A DNA stretch of 64,000 nt from Antedon mediterranea (taxonomy: Eukaryota; Animalia; Echinodermata). The translations under genes were made by a program, and so were the position numbers. Under the pieces are notes generated by a model. That model saw only the letters and a program-made list of their open reading frames with translations, was not told the DNA's origin and did no database searches. The DNA lies in contig NC_092676.1 in the NCBI RefSeq assembly GCF_964355755.1, forward strand, positions 15,146,871 through 15,210,870. Direction: 5' to 3'. Shown in pieces: positions 15,301 through 30,300 of the stretch (position 1 is its first letter; every line of letters begins with the position of its first letter).

Positions 15301-18300
15301 AAAATTGCTATCCATGGATGAAAATGTCCAAAATCAGTGTCAAAGGTTAAAAATGTGTGGTTTTTATTATATTTGGTCTAATACATACATAATACAGCGA
15401 AAAAAATGGCCGGAATTGCTTTTACTGACCCAAAATATGTATTGAAAAAAAGACATTTTCGGGGTTAATTAGACAACCTGTATTTTTTTATATTATATAT
15501 TATATTATTACTGATGCTTCATATTCTTAATTGTTCTTATTACTTTTTGTAACCATGTTAAAGGGCCAACTGAAACAGGTTGGTCCTCATTTTATGCTTC
15601 GTATTAATTGTATGGCATTTGATGAAATAAATGTTTGTTGAATTGTTGTTGTATGGTATCAAATGAAAGCCCACAGAATACACCTAGATTGACTTTCATT
15701 CAATAGTTGTTAATTCTAGAATATTGTTGGTACTTTGGTACACATAAAGTAGATTACTAAATGTGCAAGATATGTTCTGTGATATATATATTTCTATATT
15801 TGTTTCTTTTTGTCTGTTTTGTTATTGCGTCGCTTTCTAGGTGACACCACCATCTTTTGAAAATAAATGTTTGATTTTTTTTTGTAGATGATTTACCTTT
15901 CTCTCAGCAAGATATGGACATTGAGGTTAAAGAATCTGCTGTGAAAGAAAATGAAGAAAAAGAAGCAGTGCATCAAACATCAAGTGATGATCCTACTACT
16001 GATATGGCAATAAGCTCCATATCAAACATGAGTTCTCTAACATCCACCATGCCTACATCTATTTCAGATACCCAGAGAGGTAAATACTCAACTTAAAAAA
16101 AATCCTTTTATTTCTGTGTTGTAAATAAGCTCTTACAGGCTGTTAGTTTATAATTTATATTTCCAATTTATTTGACTGTATGATTTTAGTAACAACTTCA
16201 AAGTAGCTTTTAGCATTAGGGAGTTGGTAATTGGTCAGATGTTTGGCCTACTGTGATGTAAAGTAATTGTATTGTACGGCAAGTATATTTGAGAATACTA
16301 ATTAAGTGATTCTTAGGTGTGTTCACTAGTATTCTCATATGTACTAAAGTACAATTACGTCATGGTAGGACAAACATCTGACCATTTATTACTAATCATT
16401 ACTATCGTGATGTACAGTAATAACAATTGCAATTAAAACAATATAAGAAATCTTATTACTCAAAGCTAACTGGAGTCAATTAATAGCCTTAGAGGTGTTA
16501 AGAAAATACTTTGTAAGATGCTGTGGTATTTATGCTAACTTTGTCTTGACCTCATGGATATCAAGCCCAATTATATTATTTGTAGTACTGACAATCATAC
16601 CACTGTATCTTGTACTGTACCTTCTATTTGGTGTATATCACTATTAGATAACTATATAAACCTGAGTAGATTCTTCTCATTTGATTGGAGGCAGTATCTT
16701 ATTCAATCAGTGAGTGGGTTGACTGTAAAACCTGAAATTATAGCTGATACGGTAGTTGAATCGATGGCGGCCAATCAAATAACCATTACTTGACATTGCA
16801 GCTAACAATTTCATAGTAGCAAACTGGTTAGAGTTGTTGATTGGATGCTTTTAATCATTATTTTGAGAATGCCAATTAGCCATATTTTAAATTGAGTTGT
16901 AGCAGAAGCAGGTATTAATGGTCAGAGCTTGTAGATGTTAGGTAATTGAGTTGTAGCAGAAGCAGGTATTAATGGTCAGAGCTTGTAGATGTTAGGTAAT
17001 TGAGTTGTAGCAGAAGCAGGTATTAATGGTCAGAGCTTGTAGATGCTAGGTAATTGAGTTGTAGCAGAAGCAGGTATTAATGGCCAAGCTTGTAGATGAT
17101 AGGTAATTGAGTTGTAGCAGAAGCAAGTATTAATGGTCAGAGCTTGTAGATGCTAGGTGGAAGAACCATAAATTGCACAAATATGAAAACCCGATTTTGA
17201 GCCAGTGAGTGGCCATTGAGGACAAATTAATTAAAAGACATACCTTTTATTGCTGTTAGACAGGATGCTGTTTATCATCATATCCAGCAATTACACTTAA
17301 ACCAGATAGCAGATGAAGTTCCTGTTCAAATAAAATTAGAATTAATCATCGTTTTACAAACTACTATAACTTAATACAAATGACTCTCAAAGATTAAGTG
17401 ACAGTCAAAATATTACAAAACATTTTGTTACAAATGTTAATATCAATGTGTATGACCATAATCTATTCATAGTTTCTCGCTCTGTATTATCAAGAATAAT
17501 TTATTAGGATTGTTTTAATAACATAAATGATACTCTTTTTTTTAGTATCACAGACAATTACAATGGAGACTGACCATGATTATGCAAGTCCTAGTATAAA
17601 CATAGAGAAAAGCAAGAAAGGGCCAAAGAGAAAGAGAGGTCCAGGGGATGAACCAGCCCCTGGTAAACGTCGGTCTGCTAGAGTAAGCTTAAGACTCAAA
17701 TCAAAATTGTTCAAACGAGAAATGATATGAAAACTTATTTACATAAGAGTTAAGACAGACTATAATTTAGTTAAAGTTGCATACACTGCAAGCCTGAATT
17801 TAGTGTTGTGTTGCGAGAAAGTGTAAAGAATATAAAGTGTTCAAAATTTACTGTGTGCTTTAGTTGATGGAGCTGGTGAAATTTGATGTGGCTAGTGCAA
17901 TTGTGCATACTCTTGATGTCTAAAACATCAAGTAGCACAAAATTTCATCATCATCATCATGATAGGATCAATAACTCTCATCATCTTTATCGTCATTATC
18001 ATCATTATCATCAACACAGCGAAGACAAATATTCTGCCCTAGTCCGCATATTTTTTTAGAATTTTTATTTCTTTTAAAAGGTGCGGAACACTACTACCAA
18101 AAAGAAGGAAGAAGTTGTTAATTATCAAACACGCTTAAGAGGGTTTCTTCCATCGAGTCTGTAAGCAATTAACAATTTTTTTTTACTTCCACAAAAAAAT
18201 GATATAAACAATTATAGATAAAATGAATGCATTTGATTACAGTTGAAATACTGAATGTTTAATGGATGCAATTTATCATTGAATGGAAATAGACCTGCTT

Positions 18301-21300
18301 ATCTTCATCCACGTACTGAAAATATTCTTTACTTTATTTCATTTGTATATAATGGGTGATCTTTTCAATAATATAAGATTTTTCCTCTTGTTCAGTACAC
18401 AACGCACAAAACAATTTCATAATTCAAAACATTGTTATATCTGCAATTGGTGAATGTTTTAAATTGGTTTCAGTAAATTGAAAACTTTTTAATTTTATGA
18501 ACTCAATAACATCATGATGAAAAACATAGCCATAGCTTGTGACTTAAATCAATATAACACATCACACGAATTGATATAGTTTAAACGAACAATATATTGC
18601 AGAATGAATTGCAGTCCTTTAAAGAGCAACAACTGAAAGTAATAAAAACTGCGTTTTACTTTTTGGAAAATAACTTTAATTTTCCGAAAGATTGTAGCTA
18701 TAAAGTATTGAAATGATGACAATTGTTGTTTGTATAATACTGTACTAGGAGGAATGTTGATGATATTGATGAGAGTAGTCAAGATAGTTGTATTATGAAT
18801 GATGACAAGGTGATTACTGCTGAACCATTGGTACCATCGTCTACAGGTATGATATTAAGTTTGCTCTCAATAGGTGGAGATTTTATCTTTAAAGAATTCT
18901 CTTGATTTTAGATGATTTGATTTTTATTATATGTTTGCACTGTTGTGTAGTTTAATACATTGGTGTACCCTAGCCATATCATGTACCATGCTTTATTTTC
19001 TTTCTCCATTCAAATGGTTGAAGGTGGTATTGCATGGCCAGCAATTTATAAAATGGTTGTACAACATGGTAGACATGATGTTGCGCAACAGGAAACCCAC
19101 CTGCAGAATGTGTAGTCTATATTACTGCTCTGCTCCATGACCAAAATCTGAGCTTCAAATATGTGCATGGCATTGAAAATGGACGCAGTGAATTACAAAA
19201 CATAACTGTCAATCTTGTGAGAATATCCCGTCCATTTGTGTGTGATTCTCAAAAACTATTAATTGACATGTTGGTTGAAATGTCTATTCTGACAAAAGTA
19301 TAAAATTGTGAACCCTGTCCATTGGCCCGACATCATAGATAAATAATGGTGTTGGCCTTTTTGTTCCTCTTGTTTATGTGGCATGTTTGAGACAGGTATG
19401 CTATGTATAAGACGCGAGTGAATCCGATTTTCATTTTGTCTACCTATCTTCAAAACCTTTGTCTACCTATCTTCAAAACCTTTGTCTACCTATCTTCAAA
19501 ACCCTTGTCTACCTATCTTCAAAACCCTTGTCTACCTATCTTTAAAACCTTTGTCTACCTATCTTCAAAACCCTTGTCTACCTATCTTCAAAACCCTTGT
19601 CTACCTATCTTCAAAACCTTTGTCTACCTATCTTCAAAACCCTTGTCTACCTATCTTCAAAACCCTTGTCTACCTATCTTCAAAACCTTTGTCTACCTAT
19701 CTTCAAAACTCTTGTCTACCTATCTTTAAAACCCTTGTCTACCTATCTTTAAAACCCTTGTCTACCTATCTTCAAAACCCTTGTCTACCTATCTTCAAAA
19801 CCTTTGTCTACCTATCTTCAAAACCTTTGTCTACCTATCTTCAAAACCCTTGTCTACCTATCTTCAAAACCCTTGTCTACCTATCTTCAAAACCTTTGTC
19901 TACCTATCTTCAAAACCCTTGTCTACCTATCTTCAAAACCCTTGTCTACCTATCTTCAAAACCTTTGTCTACCTATCTTTAAAACCCTTGTCTACCTATC
20001 TTTAAAACCTTTGTCTACCTATCTTCAAAACCCTTGTCTACCTATCTTCAAAACTCTTGTCTACCTATCTTTAAAACCTTTGTCTACCTATCTTTAAAAC
20101 CTTTGTCTACCTATCTTTAAAACCTTTGTCTACCTATCTTCAAAACTCTTGTCTACCTATCTTCAAAACCCTTGTCTACCTATCTTCAAAACCCTTGTCT
20201 ACCTATCTTCAAAACCCTTGTCTACCTATCTTTAAAACCTTTGTCTACCTATCTTTAAACCCTTTGTCTACCTATCTTCAAAACCCTTGTCTACCTATCT
20301 TTAAACCCTTTGTCTACCTATCTTTAAACCCTTTGTCTACCTATCTTTAAAACCCTTGTCTACCTATCTTTAAAACCCTTGTCTACCTATCTTTAAAACC
20401 CTTGTCTACCTATCTTCAAAACCCTTGTCTACCTATCTTTAAAACCTTTGTCTACCTATCTTTAAAACCTTTGTCTACCTATCTTCAAAACCTTTGTCTA
20501 CCTATCTTCAAAACCCTTGTCTACCTATCTTCAAAACCTTTGTCTACCTATCTTCAAAACCCTTGTCTACCTATCTTCAAAACCCTTGTCTACCTATCTT
20601 TAAAACCTTTGTCTACCTATCTTTAAAACCTTTGTCTACCTATCTTCAAAACCTTTGTCTACCTATCTTTAAAACCTTTGTCTACCTATCTTTAAAACCT
20701 TTGTCTACCTATCTTCAAAACCTTTGTCTACCTATCTTTAAAACCCTTGTCTACCTATCTTCAAAACCCTTGTCTACCTATCTTCAAAACCCTTGTCTAC
20801 CTATCTTCAAAACCCTTGTCTACCTATCTTTAAAACCTTTGTCTACCTATCTTCAAAACCCTTCTCTACCTATCTTCAAAACCCTTGTCTACCTATCTTT
20901 AAAACCCTTGTCTACCTATCTTCAAAACCCTTGTCTACCTATCTTCAAAACCCTTGTCTACCTATCTTCAAAACCCTTGTCTACCTATCTTTAAAACCTT
21001 TGTCTACCTATCTTCAAAACCCTTCTCTACCTATCTTCAAAACCTTTGTCTACCTATCTTCAAAACCCTTGTCTACCTATCTTTAAAACCCTTGTCTACC
21101 TATCTTCAAAACCCTTGTCTACCTATCTTTAAAACCTTTGTCTACCTATCTTCAAAACCTTTGTCTACCTATCTTCAAAACCTTTGTCTACCTATCTTCA
21201 AAACCTTTGTCTACCTATCTTCAAAATTCAAAACCCTTCTCTACCTATCTTTAAAACCCTTCTCTACCTATCTTCAAAACCTTTGTCTAGATACTCAAGA

Positions 21301-24300
21301 TAGAATACATTGGAAATCTGTTGAAGAGCCTGACGTTAGAAAGTTGTTGGAAGTGTGCGTTGACAATAACAATGGTGTGGTTGATGTCATGACTCGTTAC
21401 CTTGTCAGTCTTTCAAAAAGCTGGTCAATCAAGTGGTAAATCATACTAATATTCTGAAATTCATCTTAAATCTCAACACTCACACTGGATACACACCTGG
21501 TACTGGCCAGTTGTAACCTATGGACTATTTTTAAGGATGAGTAATAATCATACATTGAACACATAAAAGATTCTGAATATACCATATGATATGTAAAGGG
21601 TATTCTAGATCACAGTCTCTACCAAACTCCAACATCACAGACTTCACTGACATAATATCTTATTTCTCATAGTGTGTATTTTTAATTGTAAACAATTCTG
21701 GTAAATTGCATGATATCACTTTCCACTCATTTGTTTGCAGGCCTTCATCTCTGGCATCTACTTATGTTCATTGTTATGATAAATTGAGAAAGCATCTTCA
21801 ACTTCCCTCTATTTTCTGGTAAGTTATTTTTGGTTGTTTAAATGTAATACGCTATTTTAAAGATGTCAGTCAGTTAAATCCCTGCAACAAGAGTTTTGTT
21901 AAAGTTCAAAATATCCCAAGTCATATCCTACGGTATGCATCCTAAAAACCAAACATTTTAAGCCAGTCCAACGGTGTTCCGAGCTTGTACTGCTGTTCAT
22001 ATGTGAGTTATTTAAATTGAATCTATGCATTGACACCATAGTGCCCTGGAAAACCTAAAAAGAGCAAACAGTGATTTGTGACATATTGGAAATAAGCTCT
22101 AACTTGTTAGATATGTCTGGTTTTTAATACATATTTTTAATTCTCATTTCTCTCACAACATTTTTTCAGAACAATTTATATACAATAAAACAAATTCTGT
22201 GAACTGTAATTTTGTCTCTTTTCTCAAATATAGCAATGATGCCACAAATGAATGCCTCTTTAATTTTGGTAACATGGTCCTAGTTTATGTTGAACTAAAG
22301 TTAGATGAATCTATTGAGAAGTTTTCTAAATCTTCATCGTCTGTCATGAAGCAGTAAGTACATTTCTAGAATTAAAAGACTCACAAAACAGGCCTGTAAA
22401 CACAAAAGTAGTTTTTTTTCCTCTTTTTCCAGATTCAACAAATGTTTCAGCTCTGCTTTATTGTATTGAGCACTTTTGACGCTTAAATTGAACTGAACAC
22501 TTATACAGATGAAGAGCTAATGTTGCCTGAAAGCTCCTATAATTTTTCTGGCTGTTTTACTTTATTGTTTTGATTTAGGTTTTTGCTTATTTTATTTTGT
22601 ATACCATTGAGATCCAGCCACTGATACCCACAGCATTTTCATTGTTTAGTTGCGTGCAACGCGACTATATCTATATCTGGTTGATCGCTTGGTAAACTCA
22701 AACTCAAATTTTCTCACGCAACTGCAGCCATGTATATGGCCTTGTTCAGTAATTTTCCAAAGGCAAATTACTGAAAATATGACTGGCTGGCTGTTTTACT
22801 ATATTGTTTTGTTTTAGCTTTTTGCTTATTTTATTTTGTATCTCATAGGACAATAACCACCAGGAAAATACCCACCCAATGTGGACTGTACCATTATTAG
22901 AGTGGGAGGTGTATGACAATGTTGTTGTTGGCTTGTTAGGCTATTGCTCTTAGTATTATATATTTAGTTGTGCACCTGACTTTGATTTAATGAAAATATG
23001 GTCGCGTAGCGTAACTATGCGCAATTTTCTAAAATTCTTAGATTGATTATAAATTAGAAAACAATAGATATTTTTTAATTCAACTTGACACACTAGACCG
23101 TCAGTATGTTATGACATCACCATCTGGCCATCTGAATGTTAAACATTGGATTTTTATCTCTTTTTTCGACACAGTTTGTCACATTCAATAGAGCACATAT
23201 CGCGTAAACGATATCAAGTTTCTTCCAATTTTCAATATTTTATTACGGTACTCAAACAAATCTCTTTCAGACATATTTTTCATTTTGAAAAAGGTATTCT
23301 TTTCAAACAAATGAATAAACTTGAGTGGCGTCAAATAAAAACTAATGGTAGACGTCGCCATTTTGATCGATGCTATGCTGTTTGAACAATCGTTGTAGTG
23401 CAGCCTACAGTAGACTAAGCTAATAAATAGCCTGTGCATGTTACAATGTGTTGTGCGATAGCCTAACTTGTCAAAGTGATGAGTTCAAATCTATCTATTC
23501 CTTTTAGTTTGATATCTATATATAAATTTACGTAAGGGCAAAATTTGGTAAATCGTGTGTAACTTTTTTTTGTAACTGGAATTTTGACACGATGGTATAT
23601 AAAGTTGGTAAATACTGTCAATAAATTTGTAGTACTTATTGTTTATTTTTGGCTGGAATGTTACATTTTGTATATTGTTGTTGTGTAAGAAGATATATAA
23701 ATTTTTTTAAAAATAAGGAAGATATTTAACCTATACTGCAAACACCTACTGAATTAAATTTCCAAATAATTTATAATAATATGTATAATAGGAAGTAAGA
23801 AATGTAACTTCATTCTATTGTAGAGATAGATATGAAAACAAGTCAAAACCTAACATTGTCATATACCCCAGACTCTGACAGTCCAGACTCTGACAGTCCA
23901 TAATGGTTGTCCTGCTGGTTTTTGTCCAGGTGGTTATTGTAGGGTAACCTGAGATCTAGCCACTGATACCCACAGCATTGTCATTTTATCAGTAATTTGC
24001 CTTTGGATTTATTTATATATATGCCATATATGATGCCAACACACAAAAGGCATTGCCATAAAAACATGCATCTAAAAAAGCTATGGGGTACAATGCAGAA
24101 ATAAGCTATGGGGTACAATGCAGAAATAGGCTATGGGGTACAATGCAGAAATAGGCTATGGGGTACAATGCAGAAATAGGCTATGGGGTACAATGCAGAA
24201 ATAGGCTATGGGGTATAATGCAGAAATAGGCTATGGGGTATAATGCAGAAATAGGCTATGGGGTACAATGCAGAAATAGGCTATGGGGTACAATGCAGAA

Positions 24301-27300
24301 ATAGGCTATGGGGTACAATGCAGAAATAGGCTATGGGGTATAATGCAGAAATAGGCTATGGGGTATAATGCAGAAATAGGCTATGGGGTATAATGCAGAA
24401 ATAGGCTATGGGGTACAATGCAGAAATAGTTGCTTATAAAGCAGGACATGTAAAACAAAAAGCCCCCAAAACATAAACCATAAGTGTGAATAAAGAAAAA
24501 TAATTCTTCTATAATTCTACGAGATATATATATAAACAGATTAATTCACCAACTTTAGATAGTGTATTCTTTAATTCATTACATCTCACTATAAGGAAAT
24601 TTGGTTTAACTTTACCCCTTTACACTATAATAAACCTAGCAAGATAGCTAGGCAAGATCTTATACCAAACTTTTTCTCATAGATATGTAAAGCAGCAACC
24701 ATTGCTGGACATGGAAAGTGACTTGACTGCTGGATTTTATCATCAAGATATTCTTTTTACTGAACAAATTTCAACTTTGCCTCATATTTTCTCTGAGGGT
24801 TATCTACAGTATGCTATTAGAGGTTGGTAATAATAATTATACATATCCAATGTAAAGTAAGTAATTACGTTCAGAATGTCTTGGCATGCTATTAGAGGTT
24901 GGTAATAATAATAATACATATCCAATGTAAAGGAAGTAATTAAGTTCAGAATGTCTTGGCATGCTATTAGAGGTTGGTAATAATAATAATACATATCCAA
25001 TGTAAAGGAAGTAATTAAGTTCAGAATGTCTTGGCATGCTATTAGAGGTTGGTAATAATAATTATACATATCCAATGTAAAGGAAGTAATTAAGTTCAGA
25101 ATGTCTTGGCATGCTATTAGAGGTTGGTAATAATAATTATACATATCCAATGTAAAGGAAGTAATTAAGTTCAGAATGTCTTGGCATGCTATTAGAGGTT
25201 GGTAATAATAATAATACATATCCAATGTAAAGTAAGTAATTAAGTTCAGAATGTCTTGGCATGCTATTAGAGGTTGGTAATAATAATTATACATATCCAA
25301 TGTAAAGTAAGTAATTAAGTTTAGAATGTCTTGGTATGCTATTAGAGGTTGGTAATAATAATTATACATATCCAATATAAAGTAAGTAATTAAGTTTAGA
25401 ATGTCTTGGCATGCTATTAGAGGTTGGTAATAATAATAATACATATCCAATGTAAAGGAAGTAATTAAGTTTAGAATGTCTTGGCATGCTATTAGAGGTT
25501 GGTAATAATAATAATACATATCCAATGTAAAGGAAGTAATTAAGTTTAGAATGTCTTGGCATGCTATTAGAGGTTGGTAATAATAATAATACATATCCAA
25601 TGTAAAGGAAGTAATTAAGTTCAGAATGTCTTGGCATGCTATTAGAGGTTGGTAATAATAATAATACATATCCAATGTAAAGGAAGTAATTAAGTTCAGA
25701 ATGTCTTGGCATGCTATTAGAGGTTGGTAATAATAATAATACATATCCAATGTAAAGGAAGTAATTAAGTTCAGAATGTCTTGGCATGCTATTAGAGGTT
25801 GGTAATAATAATAATACATATCCAATGTAAAGGAAGTAATTAAGTTCAGAATGTCTTGGCATGCTATTAGAGGTTGGTAATAATAATTATACATATCCAA
25901 TGTAAAGGAAGTAATTAAGTTCAGAATGTCTTGGCATGCTATTAGAGGTTGGTAATAATAATTATACATATCCAATGTAAAGGAAGTAATTACGTTCAGA
26001 ATGTCTTGGCATGCTATTAGAGGTTGGTAATAATAATTATACATATCCAATGTAAAGGAAGTAATTAAGTTCAGAATGTCTTGGCATGCTATTAGAGGTT
26101 GGTAATAATAATTATACATATCCAATATAAAGGAAGTAATTAAGTTCAGAATGTCTTGGCATGCTATTAGAGGTTGGTAATAATAATTATACATATCCAA
26201 TGTAAAGGAAGTAATTACGTTCAGAATGTCTTGGCATGCTATTAGAGGTTGGTAATAATAATTATACATATCCAATGTAAAGGAAGTAATTAAGTTCAGA
26301 ATGTCTTGGCATGCTATTAGAGGTTGGTAATAATAATTATACATATCCAATGTAAAGGAAGTAATTAAGTTCAGAATGTCTTGGCATGCTATTAGAGGTT
26401 GGTAATAATAATTATACATATCCAATATAAAGTAAGTAATTAAGTTCAGAATGTCTTGGCATGCTATTAGAGGTTGGTAATAATAATTATACATATCCAA
26501 TATAAAGTAAGTAATTAAGTTCAGAATGTCTTGGCATGCTATTAGAGGTTGGTAATAATAATTATACATATCCAATATAAAGTAAGTAATTAAGTTCAGA
26601 ATGTCTTGGCATGCTATTAGAGGTTGGTAATAATAATACATATCCAATGTAAAGGAAGTAATTACGTTCAGAATGTCTTGGCATGCTATTAGAGGTTGGT
26701 AATAATAATTATACATATCCAATGTAAAGGAAGTAATTAAGTTCAGAATGTCTTGGCATGCTATTAGAGGTTGGTAATAATAATTATACATATCCAATGT
26801 AAAGGAAGTAATTAAGTTCAGAATGTCTTGGCATGCTATTAGAGGTTGGTAATAATAATTATACATATCCAATGTAAAGGAAGTAATTAAGTTCAGAATG
26901 TCTTGGCATGCTATTAGAGGTTGGTAATAATAATTATACATATCCAATGTAAAGGAAGTAATTAAGTTCAGAATGTCTTGGCATGCTATTAGAGGTTGGT
27001 AATAATAATTATACATATCCAATGTAAAGGAAGTAATTAAGTTCAGAATGTCTTGGCATGCTATTAGAGGTTGGTAATAATAATTATACATATCCAATGT
27101 AAAGGAAGTAATTAAGTTCAGAATGTCTTGGCATGCTATTAGAGGTTGGTAATAATAATTATACATATCCAATATAAAGTAAGTAATTAAGTTCAGAATG
27201 TCTTGGCATGCTATTAGAGGTTGGTAATAATAATTATACATATCCAATATAAAGTAAGTAATTAAGTTCAGAATGTCTTGGCATGCTATTAGAAGTTGGT

Positions 27301-30300
27301 AATAATAATTATACATATCCAATATAAAGTAAGTAATTAAGTTCAGAATGTCTTGGCATGCTATTAGAGGTTGGTAATAATAATACATATCCAATGTAAA
27401 GGAAGTAATTACGTTCAGAATGTCTTGGCATGCTATTAGAGGTTGGTAATAATAATTATACATATCCAATGTAAAGGAAGTAATTAAGTTCAGAATGTCT
27501 TGGCATGCTATTAGAGGTTGGTAATAATAATTATACATATCCAATGTAAAGGAAGTAATTAAGTTCAGAATGTCTTGGCATGCTATTAGAGGTTGGTAAT
27601 AATAATTATACATATCCAATGTAAAGGAAGTAATTAAGTTCAGAATGTCTTGGCATGCTATTAGAGGTTGGTAATAATAATTATACATATCCAATGTAAA
27701 GGAAGTAATTAAGTTCAGAATGTCTTGGCATGCTATTAGAGGTTGGTAATAATAATTATACATATCCAATGTAAAGGAAGTAATTAAGTTCAGAATGTCT
27801 TGGCATGCTATTAGAGGTTGGTAATAATAATTATACATATCCAATATAAAGTAAGTAATTAAGTTCAGAATGTCTTGGCATGCTATTAGAGGTTGGTAAT
27901 AATAATTATACATATCCAATATAAAGTAAGTAATTAAGTTCAGAATGTCTTGGCATGCTATTAGAGGTTGGTAATAATAATTATACATATCCAATATAAA
28001 GTAAGTAATTAAGTTCAGAATGTCTTGGCATGCTATTAGAGGTTGGTAATAATAATACATATCCAATGTAAAGGAAGTAATTACGTTCAGAATGTCTTGG
28101 CATGCTATTAGAGGTTGGTAATAATAATTATACATATCCAATGTAAAGGAAGTAATTAAGTTCAGAATGTCTTGGCATGCTATTAGAGGTTGGTAATAAT
28201 AATTATACATATCCAATATAAAGGAAGTAATTAAGTTCAGAATGTCTTGGCATGCTATTAGAGGTTGGTAATAATAATTATACATATCCAATATAAAGGA
28301 AGTAATTAAGTTCAGAATGTCTTGGCATGCTATTAGAGGTTGGTAATAATAATTATACATATCCAATGTAAAGGAAGTAATTAAGGTCAGAATGTCTTGG
28401 TATGCTATTAGAGGTTGGTAATTATAATTATACATATCCAATGTAAAGGAAGTAATTAAGTTCAGAATGTCTTGGCATGCTATTAGAGGTTGGTAATAAT
28501 AATTATACATATCAAATGTAAAGTAAGTAATTAAGTTCAGAATGTCTTGGCATTTCTTCTTCTCAACCAACCATATCTACATTCTTTAACTTTATGGAAT
28601 TACTAGTGATTCTTTACCATGAAAACATTTAATAATGTGAATATTTAAGGAATTGTATTTTCCTACTTGATATGTGTACCATAATTATTTGAATAAACAC
28701 CACCCTTTTATTTTTCTTGAGGGAAGCCTTTATTTTTTGGCTGTAATATGGTAACTAATTAAATAAATTTCCCCAGGATAAAAAAACTCAACAAGCGGCA
28801 GATAAAATCATTAAAATATCTACAATTTAAGATTATTTTTTGTAATTTTATTGTTTATTTTTTGCTATTGTCTTTTGCATTTCAGTATATTGGGTCAAGG
28901 CTAGATTTTTAGTTTTATGTGGAAACATTGAGAGCGCAATTGAACAGTTTGATTTGGTGAGTGCAACAACTTCTTTATGATGAAAACAATTCTACTTATG
29001 TTTCTACTACGGTTTGTAGGTGTTTTTGTTGTGATGAAATGATGATAATGATGAATAAACCTTTATTTCAGTGTTCTGAACTATTAAGTCCTCAAAATAA
29101 TGATGAGAATAGCAGTTTTCAACCAGTACAAGTTATGTTATCAAACTGCAAATATGATGATATAATATCTTTAGGTATGTACAAATTATTCACTTGACTA
29201 TTTTAAGTTTTAATGGGTATACTGAATCATCAGTGTAGAGGAGAGAATATGCATTTGCTCAGTATATTTTATGCCACATTCTGACATATTCTCCTGATTC
29301 AAATTGCAACTTCATCTTCTTGTAATGATGACTTTTCTATTACGTAACTATTTTTTGTATTATCGGCTATTCTGACTTTGAAATCTAATTATTGTTTTCA
29401 GAGGAAATAGATAAAAAGAAGAAATCACTAGAGCATACACAATCGTTAGAAGAAGTGCGTAGACTTTTTGATGATGGAGAGTACAGTCAAGTATCGAGTA
29501 TTCTGTTACCAACGTTGAAACAGCCTATGATGGTAACCAAACATGTTGGTGAGCAGAAATCAAGTGAAAGACCGTCTCAGATCTTATTGCTTCTGCAGTC
29601 ATTATTAAAGCAAGAGGTGTATCAGGTATTTATATGATTTTAGGTTAATTTAGAAAATCATTAAATATAGATGATAGCAATTCATTACTATTGCAAATCA
29701 TTTGATATTATTTTGATGCTGTTTTTATTTGTTTTTTCATCAGCAATGTTTGTCATGTGCAGAAGTCGCTCTCATTGAAGCAATTCATGAAATAAACCAT
29801 GCTGTAGACTTGACATTCAAGGAGGAATGGATTGATGGCCTAATTCACATTTGCATTGCTATTGATACGTATGTCAAAGGCTTATTGCTACTTGCTTATT
29901 GCTACTTGCTTGCTGAAGTTACCTTTTGGAAAGACACATTTTGCATAGAATGTGTACTTATGGAATTATGGCATTTTATCTGTAAATTATAGTTAAAAAT
30001 TAATCTATATTATAATTTGAATAAGGGAAAAAAGGTTTGTTATTGTAAAAGTACATTGATGGCGCCAGGATTATGTAGGCCAATATGTCATATTCGAGCG
30101 ATACCGTGTTTGCTGGTGCAGGTTTATTGTCATAATAATATTAGGTTTACAGTATTATTTTACCACATTATAAGTTACAACAAAGGTTCTTGTTTTCATG
30201 TTTTTTTTTACCACCAATCCATTGGAATATACAACACTACAGATAATATATCTGGAGTAGTTATCCCCACGACACAAATGTATCCCGACAGCCGCAGATA

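Noticed and set aside
19403-21290. Overlapping ORFs in the 23-bp array
   Set aside because: Repeat-derived translations. Only the part from 21291 is a real exon.
22849-22908. Possible extra CABIN1 exon after tctcatag
   Set aside because: In-frame TAG precedes any plausible donor, and exons 22234-22353 and 24683-24822 already join in phase.
24800-28570. 1256-aa minus-strand ORF of 25-aa repeats
   Set aside because: By-product of a 75-bp unit (multiple of 3) lacking stops in one frame. The 3-bp indels are slips in a (taa)n run. It has no unique domain and lies antisense within a CABIN1 intron.
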